Positions 45,201 through 57,884 of a stretch of DNA of 64,000 nucleotides are shown here, in pieces (within the stretch, counting starts at the first letter, position 1; each line of letters begins with the position of its first letter). A program made the translations under genes and the position numbers. Source of the DNA: Amoebidium appalachense. Taxonomy: Eukaryota; Protista; Ichthyosporea. The DNA lies in the NCBI GenBank assembly GCA_963693365.1, contig CAVNZM010000016.1, forward strand, positions 219,341 through 283,340, written 5' to 3'. The notes under the pieces were generated by a model. It searched no databases. It was not told the origin of the DNA and saw only the letters and a program-made list of their open reading frames with translations.

Positions 45201-46032
45201 TCCCAATCACCTAGCACCCCCACTATTGTTTTCTTATGTTTTGTATACGATGCTACTACACGCGCAATCTCACAATATCCTTTTGCATGTTTCTAGGTCA
45301 AGACTGTGTAGTGGCCTGGAGCGAATGGGCCCCCTGCAATGACGTCACATGTGAAGGCCGTACCGGTGACGTAACAGTCACCACCTTGCGCCTGCGTACG
45401 GGTACAATTTCAACCCCTGCACAGGCGGGTGGAACACCATGCCCCAACACACCAATAATAGAAAATGGCACGTGCACAGTGGATCTACATTGCACGAAGG
45501 ATTGTGTGGTCGCGTGGAGTGATTGGGGCACGTGCGCGCCAATGCCTTGCGCAGGGTTGGTTGGAAATCACACGGTGGGAAGTATGCGCACGCGGGCTGG
45601 TGTTGTGATGCAGCAGCCGACGCAAGATGGGGTGCACTGCCCTGGGAGTTTGAGCCAGACTGACATGTGCACGGTCAACCTAGTGTGCCGTAAGTGTCCC
45701 CCCCCCCCCCCCCCCCCCCCCGGAACCCCCCGACCCCCCCCCCCCCGACCCCTTCCTCCCCCCCCCCCCCCGACCCCTTCCTTCCCCCCCCCCCCCCCCT
45801 TCTCCCCCGAATCATTACTCATTGTCTGTAGTAGTGATCTAGTTTTTCTCCCGATTGACAAGAAAACTTAAAGAAATTTACAGGCTTGAGTTAAAGAACT
45901 CTCATATAGAGTTTTGTTTCCCGTTGGATTCCGCGCAGGAAAAAAGGAAAGCCCCTCATTGGCATCGGATATTAATTTCTTCCCCGGGGAAAAAATAAAA
46001 GAAAGAAAAAAAAAAGAGTGGAGAGTGGAGAG

Positions 46033-46066
<34 letters not shown>

Positions 46067-48056
46067 CCCTTTCCTCTCCCCTCTTTTTAAATTTTTAAAA
46101 AAAAACCAAAAAAAAAAACCTTGCCCACCAGACCCTTCAGGTGGCATCCCGATTCAGAGCTCTTCAAGGTTATTATTTGACTGTGGATAAATAACATGCC
46201 TCTCCCTTGGCCTCTCCCGTCTCCCCCATCCCTGCCTCTTTCAAACAAGCACCCTTTTGCTCCTTCTCACCCTCCTCCTCTCCTCCCTGCCTCCTTGCCT
46301 CCCTCCCTTTCCTTTCCTCCCCCCCCCCCCTCCCCCCCCTCCCCCCCCCCCTCCCGCCCGTCCCCTCCCCCTCTCCCCTTTCCCCTCCCTCTTTCAATCT
46401 CCTTCTCCCTCCCCTTTTCCCTCCCCCCCTCCTAAAAAAAAAAAAAAAAAATGAAAAAAAATGAATAACAATTCATCCTGCAGCCGGCAACTGCACGTGG
46501 AATACATGGTCAGACTGGGTGGATTGCCCCGCCACCTTTCCCTGCATAAATACGACCATCACGCGCACCCGCACCCAAAACGCCGCAATCAACGGGGGTA
46601 CACAGTGCATCGGCGCTGCAACGGAAACAAGAAACTGCCTCTGTCGTAAGTGCTGCTCCCTGATTTGTTTGTTTCGTGATGTGTGTGCATGTGGTTGTGA
46701 AGAGAATAATTGGATTCGCAAATGTGTTGTATTATAGAAGCAATCATTACATGCACGTGCAAATGAAAACAGTTGTCGTGCGCAAATGATGCGCAAAAAC
46801 ATCAGTTTACGAATACCTTACAGCTAGTTTTGTAAGGCGGGAGGGATAGCCATTGGTGCATGCAGAAGCAGATTAGCTATATATATAGACATGCACAAAG
46901 TGTGCAGATTGAGTGTCCTAGTATTTTACCACGTTGATTATGGTGTCTGTTTATGATTGTAAAGAAAATCTAGACATTATGCTTTACTGCAACTAGAAAA
47001 GAACTATGTGCCACTACCATAACCCGGATTTGAAGAAAAAAAATAATATTTCTCATCCGATGTGCACAAAGATCCACAGACACACATATAACCTAAATAC
47101 GCTTTAAAGACTCACATCACATTCGCAACCTTCCCACAGCATGTGCCAGCGCCAGCATGATAAAGCCCCAATCAGATTTCACCGCTGGCCAACCCGGCAC
47201 CTACTTCCTCTCATGGGTTAAGATTACGGGCACGGGGGGTGCTGCTGACGTCACGACTGCTGCTTTGGGCCGTGCCGTATGCGCTGAATACGGGGCTGAA
47301 ATGGTGACAGCCACACAGCAGATGTTGGGCAAACACCCACGGGCAGTTCTGCAAGGTGCGTTGTGTTTCTTTTTCGCTCTTTGTATATGCGCTAACCTGT
47401 GAGAGTTCAAGTTTTTTATTACAAAAACGGTTGCTTCTTCCAACCCACTAGTAACAGTAGTGTGAGGTGGCCGTGTTGGGGTGCATACTGGTGTAGGAGT
47501 ACATAGTGCATGGGTGCAGGCAACACAACGGATAAGGGTGCATGTGCAGGTGCATAGTTGTGCACAGAGAAGTGTAGAAGGTCACATTTGGTTCACAGCG
47601 TGTGCCTAGGAGACCACAAGCACACACACTGTATGTGTCTACCCCCGCGCCCCCCTCCTCCTTCCCTCAGCCCCCCCCCCTCCCCCCTCCCCGGCCGTGT
47701 CATTCCCCCCTCTCCCCTTCTCCCCCTTTCCGCCTCCCCCTCCCTCCCCCCCCCCCCAAAAAAAAAAAACAAAAAAAACACCCACACACATTCCAACACC
47801 AACATTTTGTAAACAAACACTCACTAACACACCACCCACTCACACAGAATGGGCCTACCAGTCACGTGCTCTACTCACCTCTTCAACATGTGGTGCGTAC
47901 ACGTGGGCGCTAGATGGGGGCACGGCAAACAACAAGAATGACGTAGCATGCATAGACTGGAACAGGGTGCTCTACACGGTGGAAACGTGGTGGTATATGA
48001 CGAGCTGCCCTATTGTCCCTAATAGGGTGCTGTGCTTCAAACATCGTAACAGCTAG
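37469..48056 (+). CDS. Secreted thrombospondin type-1 repeat protein (13 TSRs) with a C-terminal C-type-lectin-like domain
   Basis: Exons 37469-37631 (signal-peptide-like), 38987-39145, 39744-39908, 40454-40777, 41317-41640, 42304-42492, 42981-43175, 43983-44174, 44569-44760, 45297-45689, 46484-46645, 47140-47355, 47848-48056, all phase 1. WxxWxxWxxCSxxCG...RxR repeats. Last two exons: [13 protein letters not shown]...W...ACI...WYMTSC...VLC (CTL-like cysteine spacing, inferred). Confidence 0.9.
43793..43965. repeat. 41-bp minisatellite (about 4 copies) immediately upstream of a TSR exon acceptor
   Basis: Unit CTCTCCCTCTATAGTATATATCTTGTAATCGACGTACACTAA; each copy has a CACTAAC branch-like motif followed by a pyrimidine tract and TAG. 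Confidence 0.9.
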
Positions 48057-48827
48057 ATTGTATTTGATCCAATCGCATTCTAGAATAATTGGAATAACTT
48101 CTATTAGTAGGATATTCATTCATTATCTGGAAGTTGTGTACGTAATAATGTACTTTTAGAGTAATAAGGGAACATCTTCGGTCAATAGACAAAATTATTT
48201 CATTTTATGCATTAGATAGAAGTTTGCGCAAATGTAGGACCTTCAAGGAGTCATTAGTGACTGTGAATGAACCTTAGGCTAGCTATTTAGTTGTGTTGTT
48301 GTATTATATTAATACCACAACCTCATATGTAACAGTATGAGTTATAGCCAAGTTTGAATAAGGGCTGCAATACATAATAGCTAGTCATTCATTGCACCCT
48401 CGGTCCTAGGCTGTACTCTTGCACTGTTACATTCTTACGTAAGTTTCACACCATCATCTCTTATTACTAGCCCATATTGTTGGTCCCTTAGCAGAAAAAA
48501 CGGCGGTATATGGAACAAACCGTCACTAAGAATGTACTATATATTAAAAATAATTAAAAAAAAACTAATGTAACAGTAACAACTTTCACAGTGTCACCTA
48601 CCCACCCACTCACCCACGCACACAAGCAAACAGACTTATGAGAAACAAAAAAAAGAATATTTTCTGTTTTTACCATTTCGTCTTATTCCATGCGTACATA
48701 TACTTTGCCACTTTTTAGGCACCACATTTATTATTATTATTTATACTCCCCCCCCCCCCCCCTCCCCCCTCCCCCCTCCCCCCCCCCTCCCCCCTCCTCC
48801 CTCCCCCTCCCCCTTTTTTCTTTTTTA

Positions 48828-49110
48828 CGTGCAAGTGCACTGATAAGTCGACGAACATAACTCATTTTGTTGAAATGTCCTGCCTTCTTCTAGTGAGTGC
48901 CACATGGAGTCACAGTGGCATATACCTTGGTCCCTCGAAAATCTAATATGAATAAAAAGTACTATTGTGGATTGGCAACCCCCCCCCCCCCATTTCTCTC
49001 TTTTCGTTTTCTTTTCTTTTTTTTGTTTTGTGTGTGTGTGTGTTGGGGGGGGGGGAGGGGGGGAGAGGGGGGAGGGAGGAGGGGGGGGTTACCGTGTCTG
49101 CCACCGGGTA
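48828..49110 (+). repeat. Dispersed repeat, copy 1 (direct copy at 54211-54452)
   Basis: Shared blocks CGTGCAAGTGCAC...GACGAACATAA, GTTGAAATGTCCTGCCTTCT..T.GTGAGTG, CCCTCGAAAATCTAATATGA and TGTCTGCCACCGG.TAGC. Confidence 0.8.
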
Positions 49111-49745
49111 GCGCTAGCAGCAACGGTGCTCCCCCCCCCCCCCCCCCCCCCCACCACCACCACCATCACCTTTTTTTTGTTTGTGTGTGTAACCGGAAGG
49201 AGGGGGGGAGGAGAGGGGGGGAAAGGGGGGGGGGGGGGGAGGGAGGGGGGGGGGGGGGGGGGGGGGAGACGGGTATAAACACAAAACGCGGTTTAACACG
49301 TGCGAAACATTATCGTAATGATGCCTTATTAGGAAGGACGGGGCCTTCAAAACATCCCCGAAACCCCCCTCCCTCTCCCCCCTCCCCCTCCTCCTCCCCA
49401 CCCCCCCCCCACCCCCTCCCGCTTTTAGACCTCCCTCCCCCCCCCCACCCCCCCCCTTCCCCTCCCCCCCCCCCCCCCCCTCTTCCTCCACACACACATC
49501 GTCCGTGTCATGTACACGTCCCATGCCTACCTCATATATATGCATGCCACGTGCATATATATATGGGTTTTAACCCAATTTCTCGCATGCCCCAGCACCG
49601 AGATTTGACTTCAATTTTTCAGCAAACCAATGTATGTACGACACGCTGAAGTGGTGTGCCACGGTGTGGTGGTGGTAGTCACGGTGGAAGGGGGGAGGGG
49701 GTGGGTGGGTGGGGGGGGGAGGAGGAAGGGGGGAGGGGCCGGAGG

Positions 49746-49792
<47 letters not shown>

Positions 49793-50137
49793 CGGAGCCG
49801 GGGGAGCTCGAGAGATCCGGGAGGCGGGAAGGCCGGACACATGATGGACTCCCGAGGTTTTGGTGGGCAATGAGCAATTTTTATTGGTGCAATGCGCATT
49901 ATATGACGTCACTTTTTGAGTATGTTCGAGGCAAAAAGGAACAAATTCAAAAAAAAAAAGTTTTTATAAAACAAACAAAAAAAAGTAGGAATATCAAGCG
50001 AAAACAACAGAGTAATTTGGTGTGTGGGAAGACGCACGTAGCAGGAGGGTTCATTCTTATTATATATGGACGGAGGAAAAAGCGCAGTAGCATGTTTGTA
50101 AGGGGTGCACTAGCACACATACACATACACGTCCAGC

Positions 50138-51172
50138 ATGAACGTACCCCCTCAAACATGGGCAGACCTGTGTGCGTTGGATACTCTCACTCCCGCTGTA
50201 AGAGATGACCTCATACAACGCACCGCGGAGGGGTTGGCGGGCGTCCAACAGCCACGGATGGAAGGTCCGGTGTGTGTGTGTGTGTGTGTGTGTGTGTGCC
50301 TGTGCCTGTGTGTGCCTGTGTGTGTGTGTGTGTTCGAGCACGCATCAAGCGTGTATGTGCGTGTTAGCGTGTTTGTGTGTGTGTGTGTTTTGGGGAGATA
50401 GAGGGGGTTGAAGGGGAGGTGTGGGGGGGTGGGGGGTTGGGGGAGTGAGGGTCCGCGTGTGTTTATGCACACACAGTTATTTTTTTCCAGCAGACATGCT
50501 TTTGTCTTCTGATCCTTCATGTGCAGGTGTGGTAGAAGCTGCTTACCACACCACATGTCTTTTCACTGTTAACTGACTTTTGGTGTTGCAGGGGAGGGAT
50601 GTGGGGTGGGAGCTGAGGCACTTGCGGTGGTGGTGGCTGAGACGGTGAGGTGTGGCCTTAACGACGAGGAGATAGAGTAGGTGGAGAGAGTACACACACG
50701 TACACACGTACACAGGATATGCAGACACACACATGCATTTTCCGAACATCCTCACCTGCCAAGCATGTCACCACATCCGTCTTTTTCATGTTTCTGACCC
50801 CCCCCAATAAAAAAAAAGAAGAAGAAGAAGAAAAAAAAGAAAAGAAAAAAATCAGTCACTCACTTGTCACTTGCGCATGTGATCAGGATTTTTTTTGGTG
50901 AACTCTTGCTTCGCTAGCTTTGATATCAAATGAAATCTGTTCTCCGTTAGTTTGACCCATATACCCCCCCCCCCCCCCCCCCCCACCCACCACCTCCCCC
51001 CCCAACACACACATACACCCACCCTCCCCTCTGCAAATATCAGATACCCCCCCCCCCCCCTCCCCCCCCCCCCCCCCCCCCCCCCCCCGCCCATGGTACA
51101 TACACGTACACACACCCACGCATGCACCTGCACATGCACCTAGACATGCACCTGCACACTGCCTACATGACC

Positions 51173-51219
<47 letters not shown>

Positions 51220-52238
51220 AAAAAAAAAAGGGCCAACCCGTGCGGCTGTCCACGTAAGTTGTGTACTTAAGTTTTTTTTTTTTTTTGCATACATGCCTTA
51301 CGTCACCCAGTGCGAGTTTGTACTTCATTGTCTACCACACACTAACAAAAACAACAACAACCCCCCCCCCCCCCCGCGCACCAAAAAAACAAAACAAAAA
51401 AAAACAGAAAAAGCCCAGATCCCCCCCCCCCCTCCCCCCCCCCCCCCCCAAAAAAAAAAAAAAATGAAAAAAATAAATAAACAAAAACCCCAAACAGACA
51501 GCAGCTTTCACTGCGAGGGCACCAATGGGCCACCGACCTGACCCGCATTCTTTCTGCCCACAAGCCAGCGCTCATTTCCTGTGCCACCCACCCCCCAGCC
51601 ATACCAATGCTCACTGATGTGTCTTGGTCACTCGACTACACAGTTAGGGTGTGTCCTCCCCCCCCCCCCCCCCCCCCCCCCTACCCCCCCCCCCCCCCCC
51701 TCTTTTCTGGCTTCTGCTCACTGCTGCAACTTTAACGCCCGCCTTTTCCCACTGCCCTTGCCTGTTGCCTGCTCGCATAAGTAACCCTGCTCGTCTCTGA
51801 TCAAGATATGTGACCCAGCTATGTGTAAGTGAAACAGTATCCGAGTTAGGTTTGGTTGATGAGGTGAACGGGTCGAAACTCGGGTACTGTGGGTGACTTA
51901 GGCCCTCCCTGAGGATGGGCTATGCATGCTCTCTATGGGTGCTTTGCATTCTGCACGTTTTGTCCGTTGTTTTTATGTGCACTTTGTACTTGTTAGCGCA
52001 TTTCCCCCCCCCCCCCCCCCCCCCCCCCCCGTTGATATCGAGTTATGTGCGTATTTGCCTCATTTGACTATGGGCTTTGCATATTGTGCACATTTGTTAT
52101 TTTTTCCGGATCTTCATTACATGGCTCGTCTTGAAACTGCCATATGATAGATCAATCGTTATCTTTTTCAAAACGAAATTTTGAACAACCCTAATGAAAA
52201 GTGACGATTTCAGTAGAGTCGTATCTTGTGTCCCCCCC

Positions 52239-52296
<58 letters not shown>

Positions 52297-52632
52297 AGAA
52301 AAGAAACATCACCAGCACATACCCACCCAACCCGCCTGCCCTCACAACTTAGAAGGAAATTGGAAACCATGCACGTGTTTTCTGACTGCACGTGATTGCA
52401 GAGCCGACCAATAGCAAGACAGCAGGCAGCAGAGTACACCGTCACCATGGCAACAACCAATGGGAATGTGGCATTTGCATGCACCGTGGAGGAGCTGCAG
52501 GTGGGTGTGCGTGTGTGTATGTGTGTGTGTGTGTGTGCGCGTGTTTGTGTGTGTGTCTGTGTGTGTGCGTGTGTGTGTCCAAGTGCAGGTGCGGGTGTGT
52601 GGGTGTGGGTGTGTGTCAAGATATGTATTTGC

Positions 52633-52731
<99 letters not shown>

Positions 52732-52903
52732 TTGTGTGTGTGTGTGTTCCTGCTTCCGTGCGTGCGCGCGTGCGTGCATGCATGCCCGGAGCCTGGCCTG
52801 CCCCTGTGTGATTGGTTTTGGTTTGCCCGTTAGATTTACTTCCTCGGTTTTTGCACCTTCCTCCCCTTCGAATGTAGTGCATATGCCTGTTCTTCAAACC
52901 CAG

Positions 52904-52934
<31 letters not shown>

Positions 52935-53529
52935 ACCCCCCATTTCTCCCTGCCCCCAGCCCCAACAGCAACAGACACACACACACTCTCTTCCGTTCTC
53001 TTTCCCATTCACACGAAGTTCATGAACCATGGTCTTTTACCTGCCTCACCACGACCCCCCCCCCCCCCCCCCCCCCCCCCCTCCCCCCCCCTTCGGGTTG
53101 AGGCAAAGAATGTGTTGCAAACCAACCGAGGCATGTTTAGAATTCCATACCCACCTTTTTGTTACGGCATAGGAAACATGATCATGAGCTCTGTTCATTT
53201 GTCTTTTGCCCGAAAATTGTTTGGGTCCCTTCTCTCTCGCCCCCGTTTAGGATATCAATTGATGTGTTTACTTCCATGCTTGACACCCTCGAAAGCCAAC
53301 ATCCCCCCCCTCCCCCCTCCCCTCCCCCCCCCCCTTCCCCTCCCCGGGGATGGGCACTGCTTATCATGCATACTCTCGTATCTGTGGTTTGCACTCTGCA
53401 TTGTGATATTATGAGTGTGTACGTCTTACTCTATTGCATTCTAACGCCCCTGCCCCCTCCCCAATCCACACACCCACCTACCAACCCACCCACCCAGCCC
53501 CTCTCTCCTTCCGCCATCGCAACCAACAC

Positions 53530-53583
<54 letters not shown>

Positions 53584-53642
53584 ATCTAGTCAACATCTGT
53601 AAAGAGGCTCTCAACAGTGCCCAGCGCCATGCTGCACTGTGA
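50138..53642 (+). CDS. COMMD3: COMM domain-containing protein 3
   Basis: Exons 50138-50264, 50592-50676, 51498-51648, 52402-52500, 53583-53642 splice in frame. C-terminal [16 protein letters not shown]...EYTVTM...[23 protein letters not shown] matches my recollection of the COMMD3 COMM domain (LPHITDVSWRLEY...FSCSMEQLQDLV..LKDA). Confidence 0.85.
51772..52002 (+). mobile_element. Structured intronic repeat element, near-complete copy
   Basis: AACCCTGCTCGTCTCTGATCAAGA...GACCC...CAGTATCCGAGTT...GGGTCGAAACTCGGGTACTG...CCCTGAGGATGGGCT...GCATTT+poly(C); lies in COMMD3 intron 3. Confidence 0.8.
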
Positions 53643-53681
53643 TTGGCTGATCGGGCTACTACGTGCACGATGTATGTGTAT

Positions 53682-53743
<62 letters not shown>

Positions 53744-54210
53744 CATACATGATTACATCACGTATCATGACCTCGTCAGTGTATAGAAGCACAATGTCTT
53801 AATACGGAAAAGCACACGTACCCACCCACACACACACACACACACAGGCACATACACAGGCACGCATGCACACACGCGCGCGCGCACACAAAAGCTTTTC
53901 CTTTCGCGACCCCATGTTTTGTTAGATTACCGGTCGTATTGGCTTTTATCCCCCTCCCCCCCCCCCCCCCCCCCCCCTTTTTTTTTTAATTTTTTTTTTA
54001 TAGCTTTCCTATCACATCGCAGCCACACCAACCAAATCCACAGAGCATACACAACCAGAAACCTTAACGCCGCCTCAGTAATCTCGATATGAAAACACTG
54101 AAAAGCCTCCCGTCAGACGAATGAATGCTGATATTTGCCGAAGCAATAGTTGTACGTAATAGACAACAGAAGGATAAAGCTGTTTTAGATTACACACAGC
54201 AACCCCTGTG

Positions 54211-54452
54211 CGTGCAAGTGCACCAATAAACGGACGAACATAAAATGATTTTAAATCTGTTGAAATGTCCTGCCTTCTCCTGGTGAGTGACATATATGTT
54301 CACAGTGCCAGATATCTTTGCCCCTCGAAAATCTAATATGATATAAAAGAACTAGTGAAATGCCCCCCCCCCGCCTTCTCTCTCTCTCTCTCTTTTCTCC
54401 CTTTGGGGGGGGAGGTGCCCCAGGGGAGATATCGATGTCTGCCACCGGATAG
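54211..54452 (+). repeat. Dispersed repeat, copy 2 (direct copy at 48828-49110)
   Basis: Same conserved blocks as 48828-49110. Confidence 0.8.
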
Positions 54453-55056
54453 CATCAATTGTTCCTTTTTTTGTACTCTGTTTGTGTATGGGTGTGCATA
54501 CACACACACTTTCACATACGAGTCTGCAGACTTCCCACACACGTCTGCGCGTATGCGCACGTGCACAAGCACATCTGCGCACTATTGGCAAATGCACATA
54601 TACCGACATATGCATACGGGTGCCAAAATGCCGCACATGCATGCTCAACACACAACGTGGTCTAAGTCACACGTGCCAATTTCCGGAGAGTAAACTGCTG
54701 TGGTGATAAACTCGTTCCATGAAAGTTTATTTGCAAAACAAGTTCGACAACAACATCTTAAAAAAACGTGAAGCTCCTAGGCCTGAGCATATTGAACTTC
54801 TCATTACTCCTCATTCGACGGTTGCAGTTTGGCCTTGACTCACCTAGTGCAGTCCAGACAGATAGTGAGGCCAAGGTTGAATTCTGATGTGAAAAAAAAA
54901 AAAAAGAATGACTGATCGATCCTTCGGGCGACATCAACACCGTAGGCCGGGGAGAAACCAAGGAGAAACCCTCACGACTCCACTCCAAGAGAAGGAGTGG
55001 TAGCTTGACCAGCTAATTTCACTGCGGAGAAAACACCAATTGCAAGCAATCTTGGC

Positions 55057-55629
55057 TCAGATATATAAGAAGCAAGCACGAATTCTTCTTCGAACACACC
55101 CACCGTAGTCTCCCTCCGGGTCAGGCCCACAGGCCCCCCGCCTCAGGAACAACAGCACAGTCCAACACACCAGCGGCCGACCCAGGGCGAAGAACAAGAA
55201 CCGCTGCGATGGGTGAAGGCTGGCTGCAGGCGGCCTGGACGCCCAGGACCCAAGGGTGACAACAGCATAGAGAGCCTCTATATAGCTGCACGGTAGTGCC
55301 ACACGCCCAATGGGCGGAGATGACATGTGCCCGCCAGGCCCTCCACTACGAATGAAGTCCAGCAGCGAAGTGATGAACGTGTCGGTGGTGAGGGGCTCGG
55401 GCAAAGGGAAAGGAGGTACTGCAGCCCCCACATAGAGGGAATGGCCTGCACAAAACGGGTCAGATTCTCCACCGCCACAAAAACACCAGGGGTGGGTCAT
55501 CTTCACTGCCGGAATCTCCTTCAGCCTGACAAGGAGTTGCTCATCGCCAGCTGCAATGTCTGCCAAAGTGATGACGGATGAAGGCCATTTCGTATACATA
55601 CGTGCAACACGGTAACACAGTTTTTTCAC
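55057..55629 (-). CDS. Possible exon or pseudogene of unknown product
   Basis: Non-repetitive ~190-codon open frame starting at a tttatgcag acceptor (VKKLCYRVARMYTKW...); no family motif recognised; possible upstream exon at ~55780-55850. Confidence 0.3.
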   Translation of the reverse strand: MKKLCYRVARMYTKWPSSVITLADIAAGDEQLLVRLKEIPAVKMTHPWCFCGGGESDPFCAGHSLYVGAAVPPFPLPEPLTTDTFITSLLDFIRSGGPGGHMSSPPIGRVALPCSYIEALYAVVTLGSWASRPPAASLHPSQRFLFFALGRPLVCWTVLLFLRRGACGPDPEGDYGGCVRRRIRACFLYI

Positions 55630-56062
55630 CTGCATAAAGCTGCCTCGAGTTCGCTCACGCCCCGGGGAGGGATGCGCGTACGCGTGGGTGCGCGTGGGCC
55701 CTGGCTCTCTCACGTACACGCACACACACACACACATACAGACACGCACAGACACACACGCCGTACACACCCACAGTCCACACCGGGTGAAAGTTTTCCT
55801 CTGGCTTCCTGTGTTGTAGTGTTTGTCTGAGCTCAACATGCATCATCGCGGCGCATGCATGCGCCGGGTTCGCTGACGAAAGCACGAAACTGTGCATGGG
55901 TCAGGCCCAAGTTCGCGCCATTTACTTTCTTCTGCTGTCTGATTGGCTCATGCGTATTAGGTCTTGCCATTCAGCAAAATGTAACCATATATGGCTATGA
56001 ATATAATTTAGCAGCCTATCATTGATTGGGTAAAAATCATGTTCATTCTGCTTTTTTTTTGA

Positions 56063-57779
56063 CTTGACGTTTCCAAAGGCTTTCAATCTATTCTTCACAT
56101 ACACCCATGCCAATCCGCTTTTCGTAAAAACAATTCATGTTATGTTCAAATAATGGCACTGCACGATTCTATGCAAGTTGGTGCACAATATGTTGGCTTT
56201 ATTGATTGGAAAACTGCTTACGATTCTGTCTCCCCTGGTCTCCTATGGGAAAAGCTTGCTGCACGGGGTGTACCACACTGCATTGGTGTTCTGTTAGAAG
56301 CACTCTTGTCTCAAACCTATGGTAGAGCTGTGGTTAATGGGCATCTTTCATATGGTTTTGCTCGTACTAGAGGTCTCTTGCAGGGTTCATTGCTTAGCCC
56401 CTTTTTGTTTAACCTATTTATAGATGATTTGGCTGTCAAGATTTACGCCGAAAACGATGACCCTATTAATAACTTTCCGCCTGCACTTCTCTATGCTGAT
56501 GATCTGTCCCTCCTTGCCCGTACCCCTAGACGCCTGCAAAGATTGTTCGATGTAGTGTCAGAGTGGTGCAAGGCAAACCTTATGATCCTTAACATAGACA
56601 AATGTGGTGTTCTTGTACCTGATATAGCTAACAATTTACACACATTTACATTATCATCTAAACCTGTACCTATAGTTCCAGAATACAAATATCTTGGTGT
56701 TCCGGTTGATTCTGTTGGTGTTATGTTTCCCCATATGGTCGAAAAGAGGGTAGAGTTGGCTCGTAAGCGGTTAGCTTTCTTCTCGGCTAATATTTTTAAA
56801 GACACACCCCTCCATCCTTCTATTAGACTTACATTTATTCGCACTTTTGTCTTCCCGGCATGTGAATATGGTTTACCCCTTCTCGCCGCTTGGATCAAGA
56901 AAGAGAGAACTAGAGCGCTTAAACCCTTGGCAAATTTCCTTGAAGCAGAAGTTGCCTCCTTTCTATCTAACAACTGTTGTAAACCTGGGCCTGTAACGCT
57001 CTCGATATATGGTCTGGTCCCAATAGCTGCTAGAGTATCCTATCTCGCGCTGAAATTCAATAAGCACATAAGCCGCTTAAAGAAGTATTTGCCCTCCCAC
57101 CCTCTCTTCTCTATCCGACCTGTCCCCTCCTCACCTCTCCCCTCTTTCCTCCCCTCTCTCTCCCCTTCTCCCCTGGGCACAAATACAAATAAACCCCGCA
57201 ATAGTGTGTGTGTGACTTTGGACTGCCACTTACTTATTAAACATGTACACAATCACAAGATAATCACGCAATATAACAAATGGAAAAAGATACCACACGA
57301 CACTAGACCCGATGAAAGCATACACCTTGAAAAACTAAGCCTTATGTCTCGTTTTATATATACTGACCGCCTCAACCATATTGCCAAATATGGCACTCGC
57401 AAGTGTATAACACCTAAATACATATTACCTTCCTGTAGAACTGGTCTTTCTCTAGCTGATGGTATTATTGATCAATTACCACGCTTTTACTGTACACGTG
57501 CTATACAGTGGAGATCTAATAAGTATAAGGTGGCATCATTTGCATGCCCAAACAACACACACACACACCAGTTTAACCGGTCATGTATCGCCAAATGTAG
57601 TTTGATAGACCACATAATACCGCAACACACACACGTCACATTCACAACAGACACCCAGAAAGATAGCCTACCTGTAAATTACAACATCCTTGATTTTATA
57701 CTAAACACGCGTAACTACGACCTGTTTATTAGATGTATTGATTGGCTTGAGAAACACATCACTACAAAATTATAGCGCA

Positions 57780-57852
<73 letters not shown>

Positions 57853-57884
57853 CCAGCTGATACCGAGTGTCCCGAGGGGAGCCC

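Noticed and set aside
50060-50341. Minus-strand protein-like frame [21 protein letters not shown]
   Set aside because: Antisense to COMMD3 exon 1, whose plus-strand frame splices into a recognisable COMM domain.
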